This document shows, one piece after another, positions 35,331 to 44,355 of a stretch of 64,000 bases of DNA. Under the pieces are notes generated by a model. The model was not told the DNA's origin. It made no database searches and was given only the letters and a program-made list of their open reading frames with translations. A program made the position numbers and the translations under genes. The DNA is from Caulobacteraceae bacterium (GTDB lineage: Bacteria; Pseudomonadota; Alphaproteobacteria; Caulobacterales; Caulobacteraceae), in the NCBI GenBank assembly GCA_035999625.1, contig DASYGN010000082.1, positions 111-64,110 of the forward strand, written 5' to 3'. Every line of letters begins with the position of its first letter. Positions within the stretch are counted from its first letter, which is position 1.

Positions 35331-37553
35331 GTGTCAATTGATCCAACGAATCTGGCTGGGACCGCGCATCTAACTTTTGACGATGAATTCAACAGCCTGA
35401 GTTTGTACAATGGGATTTCAGGCACATGGGATACCAACTTCTGGTATAATCCATTCAATGGAAACGGCTCGACGTTAAGCGGTAACGGAGAGCAGGAATG
35501 GTATATAAACGCCAACGATCCGGCGACTTCGTCAGTAACGCCATGGACCGTTAATAATGGCATTCTAGACTTGACCGTGGCGCCGGCCAGTTCGGCTATT
35601 CAGTCGCTGATCAACGGCTATCAGTACACCTCCGGCATGATCAACAGCTATCACTCCTTCAGCCAGGAGTATGGCTATTTCGAAATGCGGGCCGAGCTTC
35701 CCGCCGGCCAGGGACTGTGGCCGGCCTTCTGGCTGCTGCCGGAGAACGGCTCGTGGCCGCCCGAGATCGACATCACCGAGGTGCTCGGCAACAACCCGTT
35801 CATCGACTACACCACCGCGCACACGGGGTCGAACAATACTTCGTACTCTCAAGGTAACACGGTCGCGAATACGTCAACCGGGTTCCATACCTACGGTGTC
35901 GACTGGGAATCCAACTACATAACCTGGTATTTCGACGGCAAGGAAGTCTATCAGATCCCCACGCCGGCCGACATGCATCAGCCGATGTACATGATAGTCA
36001 ACCTGGCGGCGGGTGGCTCCTGGCCGGGCAATGTCGATGCGACGACGCCGATGCCCTCGACCATGCAGGTCGACTACGTGCGCGCCTATGAGTCGGGGGC
36101 CTCCGGCACGCCAACCCCGACGCCGACACCAACCCCAACGCCAACCCCGACTCCAACGCCAACCCCAACCCCAACCCCAACGCCGACGCCCACACCGACC
36201 CCGCCGCCGGGGGACCCAGTGTTGCAGGCGCCGGCCAGCGATACCGGCGCGACCCTGACCGCCGGGACCGGCGTCTACACGCTGATCGCCGGCAACGGGC
36301 CGGATACGCTGATTGGCGGCTCGGGAACGGACACCTTCGTCTTCCCAGTGCTGCCCTACCACGCCGGCGTGGTGGAGAACTTCGTCCCTGGAACCGACAA
36401 GATCGACCTCTCGGCCCTGTTCAGCGCCGCCCACTACTCGGGAACCAATCCGGTCGCCGACGGCTATCTGAGCCTGTCGCAGGACGGTTCGGGCGGGACG
36501 CTCATCTTTTTCAACCCGCACGACGGCTCGAACAGCGGCTATCCGTGGCTGATCACCGACGTGCAGGCGATCGCGCCGACGCAGCTGGTGGTGGGAAGCA
36601 ACGTGCTGTTCGGGGCAACGACGCCCACCCCGACCCCAACGCCCACGCCCACTCCGACCCCGACCCCAACGCCCACGCCCACGCCGACGCCGACGCCGAC
36701 GGTGCTGCAGGCGCCGGCCAGCGATACCGGCGCGACCCTGACCGCCGGGACCGGCGCCTACACGCTGATCGCCGGCAATGGGCCGGACACCCTGATCGCC
36801 AGCTCGGGCCCGGACACCTTCGTCTTCCCGGTGCTCCCGTATCACGCCGGGGTGGTGGAGAATTTCCTCGCGGGGATCGACCACATCGACATGTCGGCCC
36901 TGTTCAGCGCCGCCGGCTATCACGGAACCAATCCGGTCGCCGACGGCTATCTCAGCCTGTCGTCGGACGGCGCGGGCGGGACCGACATCCTGTTCAATCC
37001 GCACAACGGCTCGAACAACGGCAATCCGTGGCTGATCACCGACGTGCAGGGGATCGCGCCCTCGCACCTTGCGGTGGGCAGCGATGTTCTGTTCGGAACC
37101 GCAACGCCGACCCCGACCCCAACTCCGACTCCGACTCCGACCCCGACACCGACGCCGACCGTGCTTCAGGCGCCAGCCACGAACGACCACGGAACCACGC
37201 TGACGGCCGGCTCGGGGCCTTACACCCTGATCGCCGGCAACGGGCCGGACACCCTGAACGGCGGCTCAGGACCGGATACCTTCGAGTTTCCGGTGCTGCC
37301 GGCCCACGCCGGCGCGATCAACAACTTCCTGCCCGGGATCGACCACCTGGATCTCACCCCGCTGATCACCGCGGCGCACTATCACGGGACCAATCCGATC
37401 GCCGACCACTACATCACCTTCGCTGGTGACAACCACGGCGGGACGAACGTCTGGTTCAACCCGCACAACGGATCGCACCACGCCTACCTGATCACCGATC
37501 TGCACGGGGTGGCGCCGTCAAGCCTCATTCCAAGCCACGACCTGATTTGGTGA
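35331..37553 (+). CDS. GH16 endo-beta-glycanase followed by three tandem type I secretion C-terminal target-like domains (ExsH-like)
   Basis: The GH16 core contains GYFEMRAELPAGQGLWPAFWLLPENGSWPPEIDITEVLG (the E-x-D-x-x-E catalytic strand). There is no signal peptide. Three ~130-aa repeats each carry GG/SG-x-D-T-F-x-FP ... G-x-D-x-I/L-D-L/M-S, as in RTX-associated T1SS target domains. Confidence 0.85.
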   Translation: MSIDPTNLAGTAHLTFDDEFNSLSLYNGISGTWDTNFWYNPFNGNGSTLSGNGEQEWYINANDPATSSVTPWTVNNGILDLTVAPASSAIQSLINGYQYTSGMINSYHSFSQEYGYFEMRAELPAGQGLWPAFWLLPENGSWPPEIDITEVLGNNPFIDYTTAHTGSNNTSYSQGNTVANTSTGFHTYGVDWESNYITWYFDGKEVYQIPTPADMHQPMYMIVNLAAGGSWPGNVDATTPMPSTMQVDYVRAYESGASGTPTPTPTPTPTPTPTPTPTPTPTPTPTPTPTPPPGDPVLQAPASDTGATLTAGTGVYTLIAGNGPDTLIGGSGTDTFVFPVLPYHAGVVENFVPGTDKIDLSALFSAAHYSGTNPVADGYLSLSQDGSGGTLIFFNPHDGSNSGYPWLITDVQAIAPTQLVVGSNVLFGATTPTPTPTPTPTPTPTPTPTPTPTPTPTVLQAPASDTGATLTAGTGAYTLIAGNGPDTLIASSGPDTFVFPVLPYHAGVVENFLAGIDHIDMSALFSAAGYHGTNPVADGYLSLSSDGAGGTDILFNPHNGSNNGNPWLITDVQGIAPSHLAVGSDVLFGTATPTPTPTPTPTPTPTPTPTVLQAPATNDHGTTLTAGSGPYTLIAGNGPDTLNGGSGPDTFEFPVLPAHAGAINNFLPGIDHLDLTPLITAAHYHGTNPIADHYITFAGDNHGGTNVWFNPHNGSHHAYLITDLHGVAPSSLIPSHDLIW
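36108..36209 (+). repeat. (Thr-Pro)n linker 1, imperfect ACN-CCN hexanucleotide microsatellite (about 16 TP units plus PP)
   Basis: Counted codon by codon from acg cca acc ccg ... acc ccg ccg ccg. Confidence 0.9.
36618..36701 (+). repeat. (Thr-Pro)n linker 2 (about 13 TP units)
   Basis: Counted codon by codon. Confidence 0.9.
37104..37160 (+). repeat. (Thr-Pro)n linker 3 (about 9 TP units)
   Basis: Counted codon by codon. Confidence 0.9.
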
Positions 37554-39047
37554 GGCGCGAAGGCTGGGCGCCAAGCCGCGCAGATCGGCGCCAATCTGGC
37601 GCCGGGCGATAAGGCCGAGCACCACGGCGTAGACCGCCATGCCGAGGGCGACCGCGGCGACCAGTTGCGGCGCTGGCGAGACGGGGCGCAGCCAGTCCCT
37701 GGCCAGGGCCACGGCGCCGGCCATGACCAGGGTGGCGGCGATCGGCGCGCCGAGCCCGGCGATCAGGCTGCGCGGGGGGCCAAGCCGGGCGGCGAGGGTG
37801 GTGAGATAGACCGGCGCCGGCGCCGCCGCCGCCAGGGTCACGCCGATGGCCGCGCCGGTGAGGCCGAAGCGCGCGCCGATCCCGGCCCCGGCCAGCATCG
37901 CCAGACCGCAGGCGAGCGCCAGGCGGAACTGCAGGTCTGAGCGGCCAAGGCCCATCAGCGCCGCCCCGATCAGGGAATAGAGACACAGGAACACGCCCGC
38001 GGGCGCCAGCGCCATCAGCGCCGGGCCGGCGCCGCGCCAGGCCGGGCCGAGGAACACATCGACGATCAGATCGCCGGTAAGGGCCAGGCCGCAGAACAGC
38101 GGCGCGAGGACGGCCAAGGTCAGGCGCAAGGTGCGGGTGATCGCCGCGGCCGGATCGGTCCCCTCACTGGCGAGCGCGGAGACGGCGGTGAAGGTGGCCA
38201 GCATCAACGGTCCGGAGATCACCAGCTCAGGGATGCGCACCAGTTGGTAGGCGAGCGCGTACTGGCCGGTGGCGACGACGCCGAGCGCGGCCCCCACGAC
38301 CAGGGCCGCCGCGCTCTTGCCGGCGAAATCGGCGATGTTGGCGCCGACATTATTGAGTCCGAAGCCGAGCAGCGGCCTAGCCAAGGACGGACGGATGTCA
38401 AGGCTGGGCCGGAAGCCGGAAGCCGGCAGGATCCACAGGCATTTGACGCTCCACAGCGTCAGTTGCTGGATGACCAGGCTCCAGGCCCCGAGGCCGGCGA
38501 CCGCGGCGAGGATGGCCGCCCCGGCGCTCAGGACCACCGAGAGCAGATCGCCGATGGCGTAGAGGTGGAAACGGCGGGCGCGGGAGATGCGCGCATTGGC
38601 CGGGGCCAGGCTGCTGCTGAGGATGAGGATCGGGCTTAGCGCCATCAGCACGCTGGTGAGCGCGGGCTGGCCCAGCAGGCTCGCCGCCGGCGCGGCGATC
38701 AGGCACAGCAGCAGGGCGAGAGCTGCGCCGATCGCGCTCGACAGCCAGAAGACGGTGGTCTCCAGGGCCGGCGGCGGGTCGGCCTGGCGGACCAGCGCCG
38801 CCCCCATGCCGGCGTCGGCAAGCAGGTTGGCGAGCAACACGAAGGGCATCGCCAGGGCGAGTATGCCCACCGCCGCTGGACCCAGAATCCGCGCCAGGAT
38901 GGGGATGATCGCCGCCTGCAACGCGAGGCGGGCGAAGTTGGCCCCGCCGAGCGCCAGCGAGCCGAAGAAGGCGCGCCTGGCGAGAGTCTCGTTCCTGGAA
39001 GCGGGAGTGACCGGTGACGCAGCCGCGGTGTCAACCATGCCGCCCAC
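37518..39047 (-). CDS. MOP-superfamily exopolysaccharide flippase (Wzx/ExoT-like)
   Basis: 509 aa and very hydrophobic. The N-terminal FFGSLALGGANFARLALQAAIIPILARILGPAAVG is typical of polysaccharide biosynthesis/flippase proteins. The start is GTG 39047, directly abutting the upstream stop, or ATG 39038. Confidence 0.8.
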   Translation of the reverse strand: MGGMVDTAAASPVTPASRNETLARRAFFGSLALGGANFARLALQAAIIPILARILGPAAVGILALAMPFVLLANLLADAGMGAALVRQADPPPALETTVFWLSSAIGAALALLLCLIAAPAASLLGQPALTSVLMALSPILILSSSLAPANARISRARRFHLYAIGDLLSVVLSAGAAILAAVAGLGAWSLVIQQLTLWSVKCLWILPASGFRPSLDIRPSLARPLLGFGLNNVGANIADFAGKSAAALVVGAALGVVATGQYALAYQLVRIPELVISGPLMLATFTAVSALASEGTDPAAAITRTLRLTLAVLAPLFCGLALTGDLIVDVFLGPAWRGAGPALMALAPAGVFLCLYSLIGAALMGLGRSDLQFRLALACGLAMLAGAGIGARFGLTGAAIGVTLAAAAPAPVYLTTLAARLGPPRSLIAGLGAPIAATLVMAGAVALARDWLRPVSPAPQLVAAVALGMAVYAVVLGLIARRQIGADLRGLAPSLRASPNQVVAWNEA

Positions 39048-39896
39048 TCAATCGAACCGATAGGCGCGGATGAACTGGATGGCGAACCGGGCCGGGAAGC
39101 GGGTGGCGGCGTCCGGCGCGCCTGGCCAGTGGCCGCCCACGGCGAGGTTGGCGAGGAGGAACATCGGCTGGTTCATGTCCGACGGCGTCGGCCGGCGCGC
39201 CACCTGGCGGCCATCGACGAACCACGCCACCTGGCGCGGATCCCAGCTGACCGCGAAGGTGTGGAAGCCATCCCCAGTGACGCTGACCGGCTGGGTGAAG
39301 TCACCGGCGTGGCTGTGCAGCGAGACATAGACGGTCCCCGGATCGCCGATGCTCTCCATGATGTCGATCTCCGGCGGCCAGGAAAGGTTGGCCGGCAGCA
39401 GCCACAGCGCCGGCCACAGACCCTTGCCGGCCGGCAGCCTGGCGCGGGCCTCGAAGTAGCCGTAGCGCTGGGCGAACGATGGCTGGCTGGAGATCAGGCC
39501 GGAGATGTAGCGCCGGCCCTGGAGCGCGCCGGCCACGCGCGGCGGCGCCGGTTGGGCGGTGATGGTGAGGCCGCCGGCGCCGATCCGGAACGGGTCAAGG
39601 CCGGGCGATCCGATCCGCGCGCCAAAGGCCGGATCGACGTAGACCTCTTCCTCGCCGTTGCCGGCCAAGGTGCGCTTGTCGATGCCGAGATCGCCGCCGC
39701 CGCCGAAGGTCGTGCGCCATGTCCGCCGTCCGGGCGCGACCGGCGGAGCCCGGAATGTCTCCTCGAAGGTGAGCGCCAGGCGCCGCCCATCCGGCGAGCG
39801 GACGAGTGGCGCGGGGCTGGCGGCCAGCGCCAGAGTGGGCAGGCTAAGCAGGACCGCGAAGGCGAAGGCGAGCCAACCTCGGCCTGGCGGTCTCAT
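39048..39896 (-). CDS. Sec-exported GH16 endo-beta-glycanase (ExoK-like)
   Basis: Signal peptide MRPPGRGWLAFAFAVLLSLPTLALA and core GYFEARARLPAGKGLWPALWLLPANLSWPPEIDIMESIG. It is collinear with the GH16 domain of 35331-37553. The ATG overlaps the upstream stop (ATGA). Confidence 0.85.
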   Translation of the reverse strand: MRPPGRGWLAFAFAVLLSLPTLALAASPAPLVRSPDGRRLALTFEETFRAPPVAPGRRTWRTTFGGGGDLGIDKRTLAGNGEEEVYVDPAFGARIGSPGLDPFRIGAGGLTITAQPAPPRVAGALQGRRYISGLISSQPSFAQRYGYFEARARLPAGKGLWPALWLLPANLSWPPEIDIMESIGDPGTVYVSLHSHAGDFTQPVSVTGDGFHTFAVSWDPRQVAWFVDGRQVARRPTPSDMNQPMFLLANLAVGGHWPGAPDAATRFPARFAIQFIRAYRFD

Positions 39897-42112
39897 GCCT
39901 GGCCGGCGCCCACCCGGGTCGGCGGCAGGTAGTAGTTACGGAAGTAGTTGAAATAGTCGGTGCCGTCGCAATAGCCGTAGCGCGACTGCTGCTTGATATT
40001 GACCTGGGTCAGCGCCGCGCCGACGACGTTGGCGCCGAGTTCGCGCAAGACGTCGAGACCGGCTTGGGCCGCCCGGGCCGGGGTCTTGTTCCAGCGCACC
40101 ACATAGAGCACCCGGTCGGCCTTGGCGGCCAGTATGCGGGCGTCCGCCAGCCCCAGCACCGGCGGCAACTCGAGGATGACGTGGTCGAAGTGCGGCTCCA
40201 GCTCCTTAAGCAAGGCGTCGGTCCTCGGGTCGGAGAACAGCTCGTGCGGCAACGGCCCGGTGGGCGAGGTGGGCAGGATCCAGGCCCCGGACGAGCGGTC
40301 GTGGATCATCGCCTCGTCGGCCTTGAGTTTGCCCTCGATGACCTCCACCAGGCCACCGCTCTGGTGCCCGGTGAGCCGCGAGAGGCCCCGCTTGCGCAGG
40401 TCGCAGTCGATCACCAGCACCCGCGCGCCACTGAGGGCCAGGGATCGGCCCAGACACAGGGAGGTGACGGTCTTGCCCTCGCGCGGCAGGGCCGAGGTGA
40501 CCGCCAGGGTTTTGACGCCCGCGTCATGCTCGGAGAACTTGAGGAACGCCCTGACGTTGCGGAAGCTTTCGGCGAACGCCGAGTGGCGGTTGTCGATGAT
40601 GCTCTTGGCGATCTGGCCGCCGCCCTCGCCGCCGCGCAACGTGCGCACCGACAAGGACGGAATGACGGCCGCCAACGGCAGGCGGAGCAGCTGCTCGATA
40701 TCGCCGCGGCTGCGCAGCTTGCGGTCCCAAAGCTCGGCCAGGACGATCGCCGCCGCCGCCGACATGGCTCCCAGAATGAGGGCCAGAAGCGCGCCCACCT
40801 TGAGGTTGGGCGAGGTCGGACGCAGCGGGCGCAGGGCCTGCGAGGAGACGACCGCGTCGGGCTGTTGCAGGGAGCCTTCGCTGGCCACCTGATCGGCCCT
40901 GGCCAGATAGGCGTCGTAGATCTTCTGGGCGGCGTCAGCGCGTTGCTGCAGCGCCACCAACCCAACCTGGGCGCGGTTGTTGGACACCAGGCCGGCCTGA
41001 GCCGAGCCGCGGCTGGACAGCAGCGAACCCTCGCGCTGGCTGGACGCCGAGGCCTCGGCGCGCACGCTCGACATGATCCGGTTCAGCTGGGCCTGGATCT
41101 CGGCGCGGATGTCGTTGAGCTCGGCCTGGGTCTTCTGGACCTCGGGATAATCCTTCTGGAAGATGGCCTGCAACTGGGCCAGCTTCTGGCTGGTTTCCGC
41201 CTCCTCCTTGCGCAGATCCCTCACCGTATCGGAGGTCACCGCCGCGGTGACATCGGCGCCGCCGCTACCGCGGGCGACCTGACCGACGGCGGCCGCCAGC
41301 CGGGCCTGCTTTTCGGCCGCGTCGGCCTTGGCCTGGGCGACCTGCTGGTTGAGGGTCGACACCTCCTGCTCGGCGATGGTCGCGCCCTCGGCGCTGTAGA
41401 GCTTGTGGGCGATCTTGTACTGCTGCACGCCCGCCTCGGCCTGCTCGGCGCTGGCGCGCAGACGCTCGACCTGGCCGCCGAGCTCGGCGTTGGCGCGGTT
41501 GACCTGGGCGATCTTTTCATCCAGCTCGCGGCGCAGGAAAGCGGCCATGTAGGTGTTGGCGACCAGCTCGGCCTTGGTCGGCGAGTGCGAGGCGAAACCG
41601 ACGTCGACGACATAGGTCAGGCCGGCGCGCTTGATCCGCAGATGCTTCTGGACCGCGGCGATCACGTCGCTGTTCGGCCCCGCCAAAGCCCGGGCCGCCG
41701 GGCTGTCGTGGCGGATCGCCGGATTGAACTCGGGATCCTGATAAAGCTTCAGGCGCTCACTGACCGCCTGGGCCAGCGCCGGCGATTTCAGCACCTCGAC
41801 CTGGGTATCGATGGCGCTGGTGTCGGGCGGCAGGCCGGTGTCGCTCGGCTCGGTGGTCTTGGCCAGATTTTCCCGGCTGGGCTCGATCATCAAGGCTCCG
41901 GTGGCGACGTAGGTCGGCGGCGTCAGGGCCACGGCGATCATCACCAGGGAACTCACGGCGATGCCGATCGCCAGCGCCGGCCACAGGCGTTGCAGGATGA
42001 CGCCGAGCAGCTCCCGCACCCGCGAGGAATCGCCGGCCCGGGTCGGGGCGGGAAGATAGGCCTCGCCGCCGACAGCTGGCAGCTGGCCGAAATTGCCGAG
42101 GAGTTGGGTCAT
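39893..42112 (-). CDS. Polysaccharide co-polymerase / tyrosine autokinase (Wzc/ExoP-like)
   Basis: N-terminal Wzz-type TM plus a long coiled-coil periplasmic region, then a second TM. The cytoplasmic domain has Walker A SALPREGKTVTS and a Tyr-rich tail YGYCDGTDYFNYFRNYY. The ATG at 42112 (MTQLLGNF) is chosen because the longer ORF overlaps the export-protein gene. Confidence 0.9.
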   Translation of the reverse strand: MTQLLGNFGQLPAVGGEAYLPAPTRAGDSSRVRELLGVILQRLWPALAIGIAVSSLVMIAVALTPPTYVATGALMIEPSRENLAKTTEPSDTGLPPDTSAIDTQVEVLKSPALAQAVSERLKLYQDPEFNPAIRHDSPAARALAGPNSDVIAAVQKHLRIKRAGLTYVVDVGFASHSPTKAELVANTYMAAFLRRELDEKIAQVNRANAELGGQVERLRASAEQAEAGVQQYKIAHKLYSAEGATIAEQEVSTLNQQVAQAKADAAEKQARLAAAVGQVARGSGGADVTAAVTSDTVRDLRKEEAETSQKLAQLQAIFQKDYPEVQKTQAELNDIRAEIQAQLNRIMSSVRAEASASSQREGSLLSSRGSAQAGLVSNNRAQVGLVALQQRADAAQKIYDAYLARADQVASEGSLQQPDAVVSSQALRPLRPTSPNLKVGALLALILGAMSAAAAIVLAELWDRKLRSRGDIEQLLRLPLAAVIPSLSVRTLRGGEGGGQIAKSIIDNRHSAFAESFRNVRAFLKFSEHDAGVKTLAVTSALPREGKTVTSLCLGRSLALSGARVLVIDCDLRKRGLSRLTGHQSGGLVEVIEGKLKADEAMIHDRSSGAWILPTSPTGPLPHELFSDPRTDALLKELEPHFDHVILELPPVLGLADARILAAKADRVLYVVRWNKTPARAAQAGLDVLRELGANVVGAALTQVNIKQQSRYGYCDGTDYFNYFRNYYLPPTRVGAGQA

Positions 42113-42167
42113 GATCTCGCCTGTGGTGAGAGAAGGGTTTCGCGGTCTGGTGCGCGGCGCACGACCG

Positions 42168-42842
42168 TCAGGGACGCAGCATGGCCAGAGCCGGGGCCAG
42201 ACTGACCAGACCATGCCAGAAGGCTTTCGAGCCCGACTCCGGTACGACGATGATGTCGCGCGCCTCAACGGCGGGGTCGGCGGCGCGACCAGCGCGGATG
42301 GCGACAAGGTCGTAGTGGGTCGTCTCGCGCGCGCCATTGACCAGCCGGATCAGCGACACGTGATGCTCTTCGGATCTCTTCGGGTCGGGGCCCTTGGCCA
42401 GGGCGATGGCCTGAAGCAGGCTGGTGGGCCCGGGCAGCGGATAGATGCCGGGCTGGATGACGGCCCCATCGACGGTCACGCGCTCGCTGACCGCGTCCTT
42501 CACCGTCACCGTGACCAGCGGGTTCTTGACGTACTTCTGCTTGAAGTCGGCGGTTACCAACTCGGCGAGCTGGGTGGGGGTCTGGCCGGCCGCGGTCAAC
42601 TGACCGATGAGCGGCATGGTGATCTTGCCGCCGGCGTCGACCTGCACCGAACGGCTCAGCTCGGGAACGTCGAACACGGTGACGTCCAGCTGATCGTCCG
42701 GTCCGATCTTGTAATCAGCGCCGACTCCGGTGACGGCGGTGGCGCTGACCGGGGTGGCGGGGGTCTCCCGCGCGAGCGCCGGCCAGGCGAGGCATAGCAG
42801 GAGCGCTGGGCCGGCCAGGGCCTTGGAGGAGAACGGCGGCAT
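42168..42842 (-). CDS. Periplasmic/outer-membrane polysaccharide export protein (Wza/ExoF-like)
   Basis: Signal peptide, then YKIGPDDQLDVTVFDVPELSRSVQVDAGGKITMPLIGQLTAAGQTPTQLAELV (Poly_export motif) followed by an SLBB-like segment. Confidence 0.85.
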   Translation of the reverse strand: MPPFSSKALAGPALLLCLAWPALARETPATPVSATAVTGVGADYKIGPDDQLDVTVFDVPELSRSVQVDAGGKITMPLIGQLTAAGQTPTQLAELVTADFKQKYVKNPLVTVTVKDAVSERVTVDGAVIQPGIYPLPGPTSLLQAIALAKGPDPKRSEEHHVSLIRLVNGARETTHYDLVAIRAGRAADPAVEARDIIVVPESGSKAFWHGLVSLAPALAMLRP

Positions 42843-43050
42843 CTTAATCCCTCCACCGAAGTCACCGCGGGAAATCGCCCGTGCGATGAACTGGAGGCCA
42901 GGGGACGGACGTTCGCATCCTGACCCCCATTCGGGGCCGGAACGCCGGCCGATCGCCTATCGTTCCGGTTGGCCGGCGCAGGAACCCGGGCCGGCCCCGG
43001 CGGTTATCGGAAAGCCCGGGCGGGCCGGAGCGCAGGATCGCGGCGGATCA

Positions 43051-44355
43051 TTGACCAGCGTCGGGCAGACACTTCCGAAGTCAGGCTTGCATCAGGGGGC
43101 CATCGAGGCGGCGCTCGCCTTCGCCATCGTGCTGCCGCTGCTGTTCGTCAATCAGATCACCTCGGCCGGGCCGGCCGCCTCGTTCGCCGCCACCGGCCTC
43201 TACGCGTGGGTCCACCGGGCGCGCCTGGGCGAGACCTTCGCCCGCCGCTGGCCATTGTTGCTGGTCCCGGCCCTGGCCATCGTCTCGACCATCTGGTCCA
43301 GCTATCCGGATCTGACCGCCAAGCATTCGCTCGAACTCACCATGACCGTGGCCGGCGGCCTCATGCTGTCGGCCAGCCCCAGGCCGGCGAGCATGCTCAC
43401 CGGCGCCTTCGCCGCTTTCGCGGTGTTCCTGGCCGCCTCGTTGGTCCTCGGCCATTCGGTGGGCGTCGGCGATGTCGGCGATGTCGCCAGCAGTGGGGAC
43501 GAGCAGGCGTTCGCCGGCCTCAATGGCGGCAAGAACCTGCTGGGCATGACCGCGGCCATGGCGGCCCTGTTATCCCTGTTCGTGCTCAGCTATTCGGCGC
43601 GGCGCCTCTCGCTCGTCGGCGTCGCCATGGCCGCCGCGGCGCTGGCCATGGAGGGTTATCTCCTGTGGGCGGCGCGTTCGGCCGGAGCCACCGTGGCCAC
43701 CCTGCTGGCGGTGTTCGCCTTCGCCATCGTCGCCACGTTGCGGGCCTTCCCCCCTCGCGCCCGGGCCTGGGTCAGCGCCGCCCTGATCGCCGCGCTGGGC
43801 GCGCTGGGCGCCTGGGGCTACACCTTCGCCGGCAGCGTCACCGCCACCGCGCTCGGAATCTTCCACAAGGACCCGACCCTGACCGGCCGCAGCTACCTCT
43901 GGTATCGCGCCGGCGACATCATTCGCGAGCGGGCGTTGCTGGGCCACGGTTTCGAAGCCTTCTGGGTCAGGGGCAACATCGACGCCGAAGGCTTCTGGCA
44001 ATACGCCAAGGTCACCCAGCGCAGCGGCTTCTCGTTCCACAACACCCTGATCGAGATGCTGATCGACTTCGGCTGGCTGGGCGCGGCGCTGCTGCTGGCG
44101 GTGTTCGCCGTCGCCTTCTTCGCCCTCCTGCGCCGGGCGGTCCGCGCGCCATCGCTGATCAGCGCCTTCTTCGTCGCCCTGCTGGTGTTCAATCTCGCCC
44201 GCGCGCCGTTCGAGAGCCTGTCGCCAAACTCGGTCGACTTCTCGTTCCTGTTCATCGTTGCGGCGCTGGGTTTCGGGTTCGGCCGCGCCCAGGGCCGGCA
44301 GCCGTTGCCCGCAGCCCGCTTCGGAGCGGCGCCGATTCTCGCCGGTCCGGCCTAG
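43051..44355 (+). CDS. O-antigen ligase/Wzy-like polymerase family membrane protein (ExoQ-like)
   Basis: About 10-12 TM helices, with a loop GHGFEAFWVRGN...GFSFHNTLIEMLIDFGWLGA typical of the Wzy_C/O-antigen ligase domain. The start is uncertain: TTG 43051 is proposed, and ATG 42886 and TTG 43087 are alternatives. Confidence 0.7.
   Translation: MTSVGQTLPKSGLHQGAIEAALAFAIVLPLLFVNQITSAGPAASFAATGLYAWVHRARLGETFARRWPLLLVPALAIVSTIWSSYPDLTAKHSLELTMTVAGGLMLSASPRPASMLTGAFAAFAVFLAASLVLGHSVGVGDVGDVASSGDEQAFAGLNGGKNLLGMTAAMAALLSLFVLSYSARRLSLVGVAMAAAALAMEGYLLWAARSAGATVATLLAVFAFAIVATLRAFPPRARAWVSAALIAALGALGAWGYTFAGSVTATALGIFHKDPTLTGRSYLWYRAGDIIRERALLGHGFEAFWVRGNIDAEGFWQYAKVTQRSGFSFHNTLIEMLIDFGWLGAALLLAVFAVAFFALLRRAVRAPSLISAFFVALLVFNLARAPFESLSPNSVDFSFLFIVAALGFGFGRAQGRQPLPAARFGAAPILAGPA

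Larger units (their letters stand above)
36219..37553 (+). repeat. Three tandem intragenic domain repeats (units begin at 36219, 36702, 37161)
   Basis: Each unit begins VLQAPA(S/T). Units 1 and 2 are near-identical for long stretches at nucleotide level (gcgccggccagcgataccggcgcgaccctgaccgccgggaccggcg...). Unit 3 is more diverged. Confidence 0.9.

Noticed and set aside
36108-37160. Regularly spaced short repeats that could be mistaken for a CRISPR array or non-coding tandem repeat
   Set aside because: They are in-frame ACN-CCN codon repeats encoding (Thr-Pro)n linkers inside a continuous 740-aa ORF. The 'spacers' are homologous protein domains, not unique sequences, and no cas genes are present.
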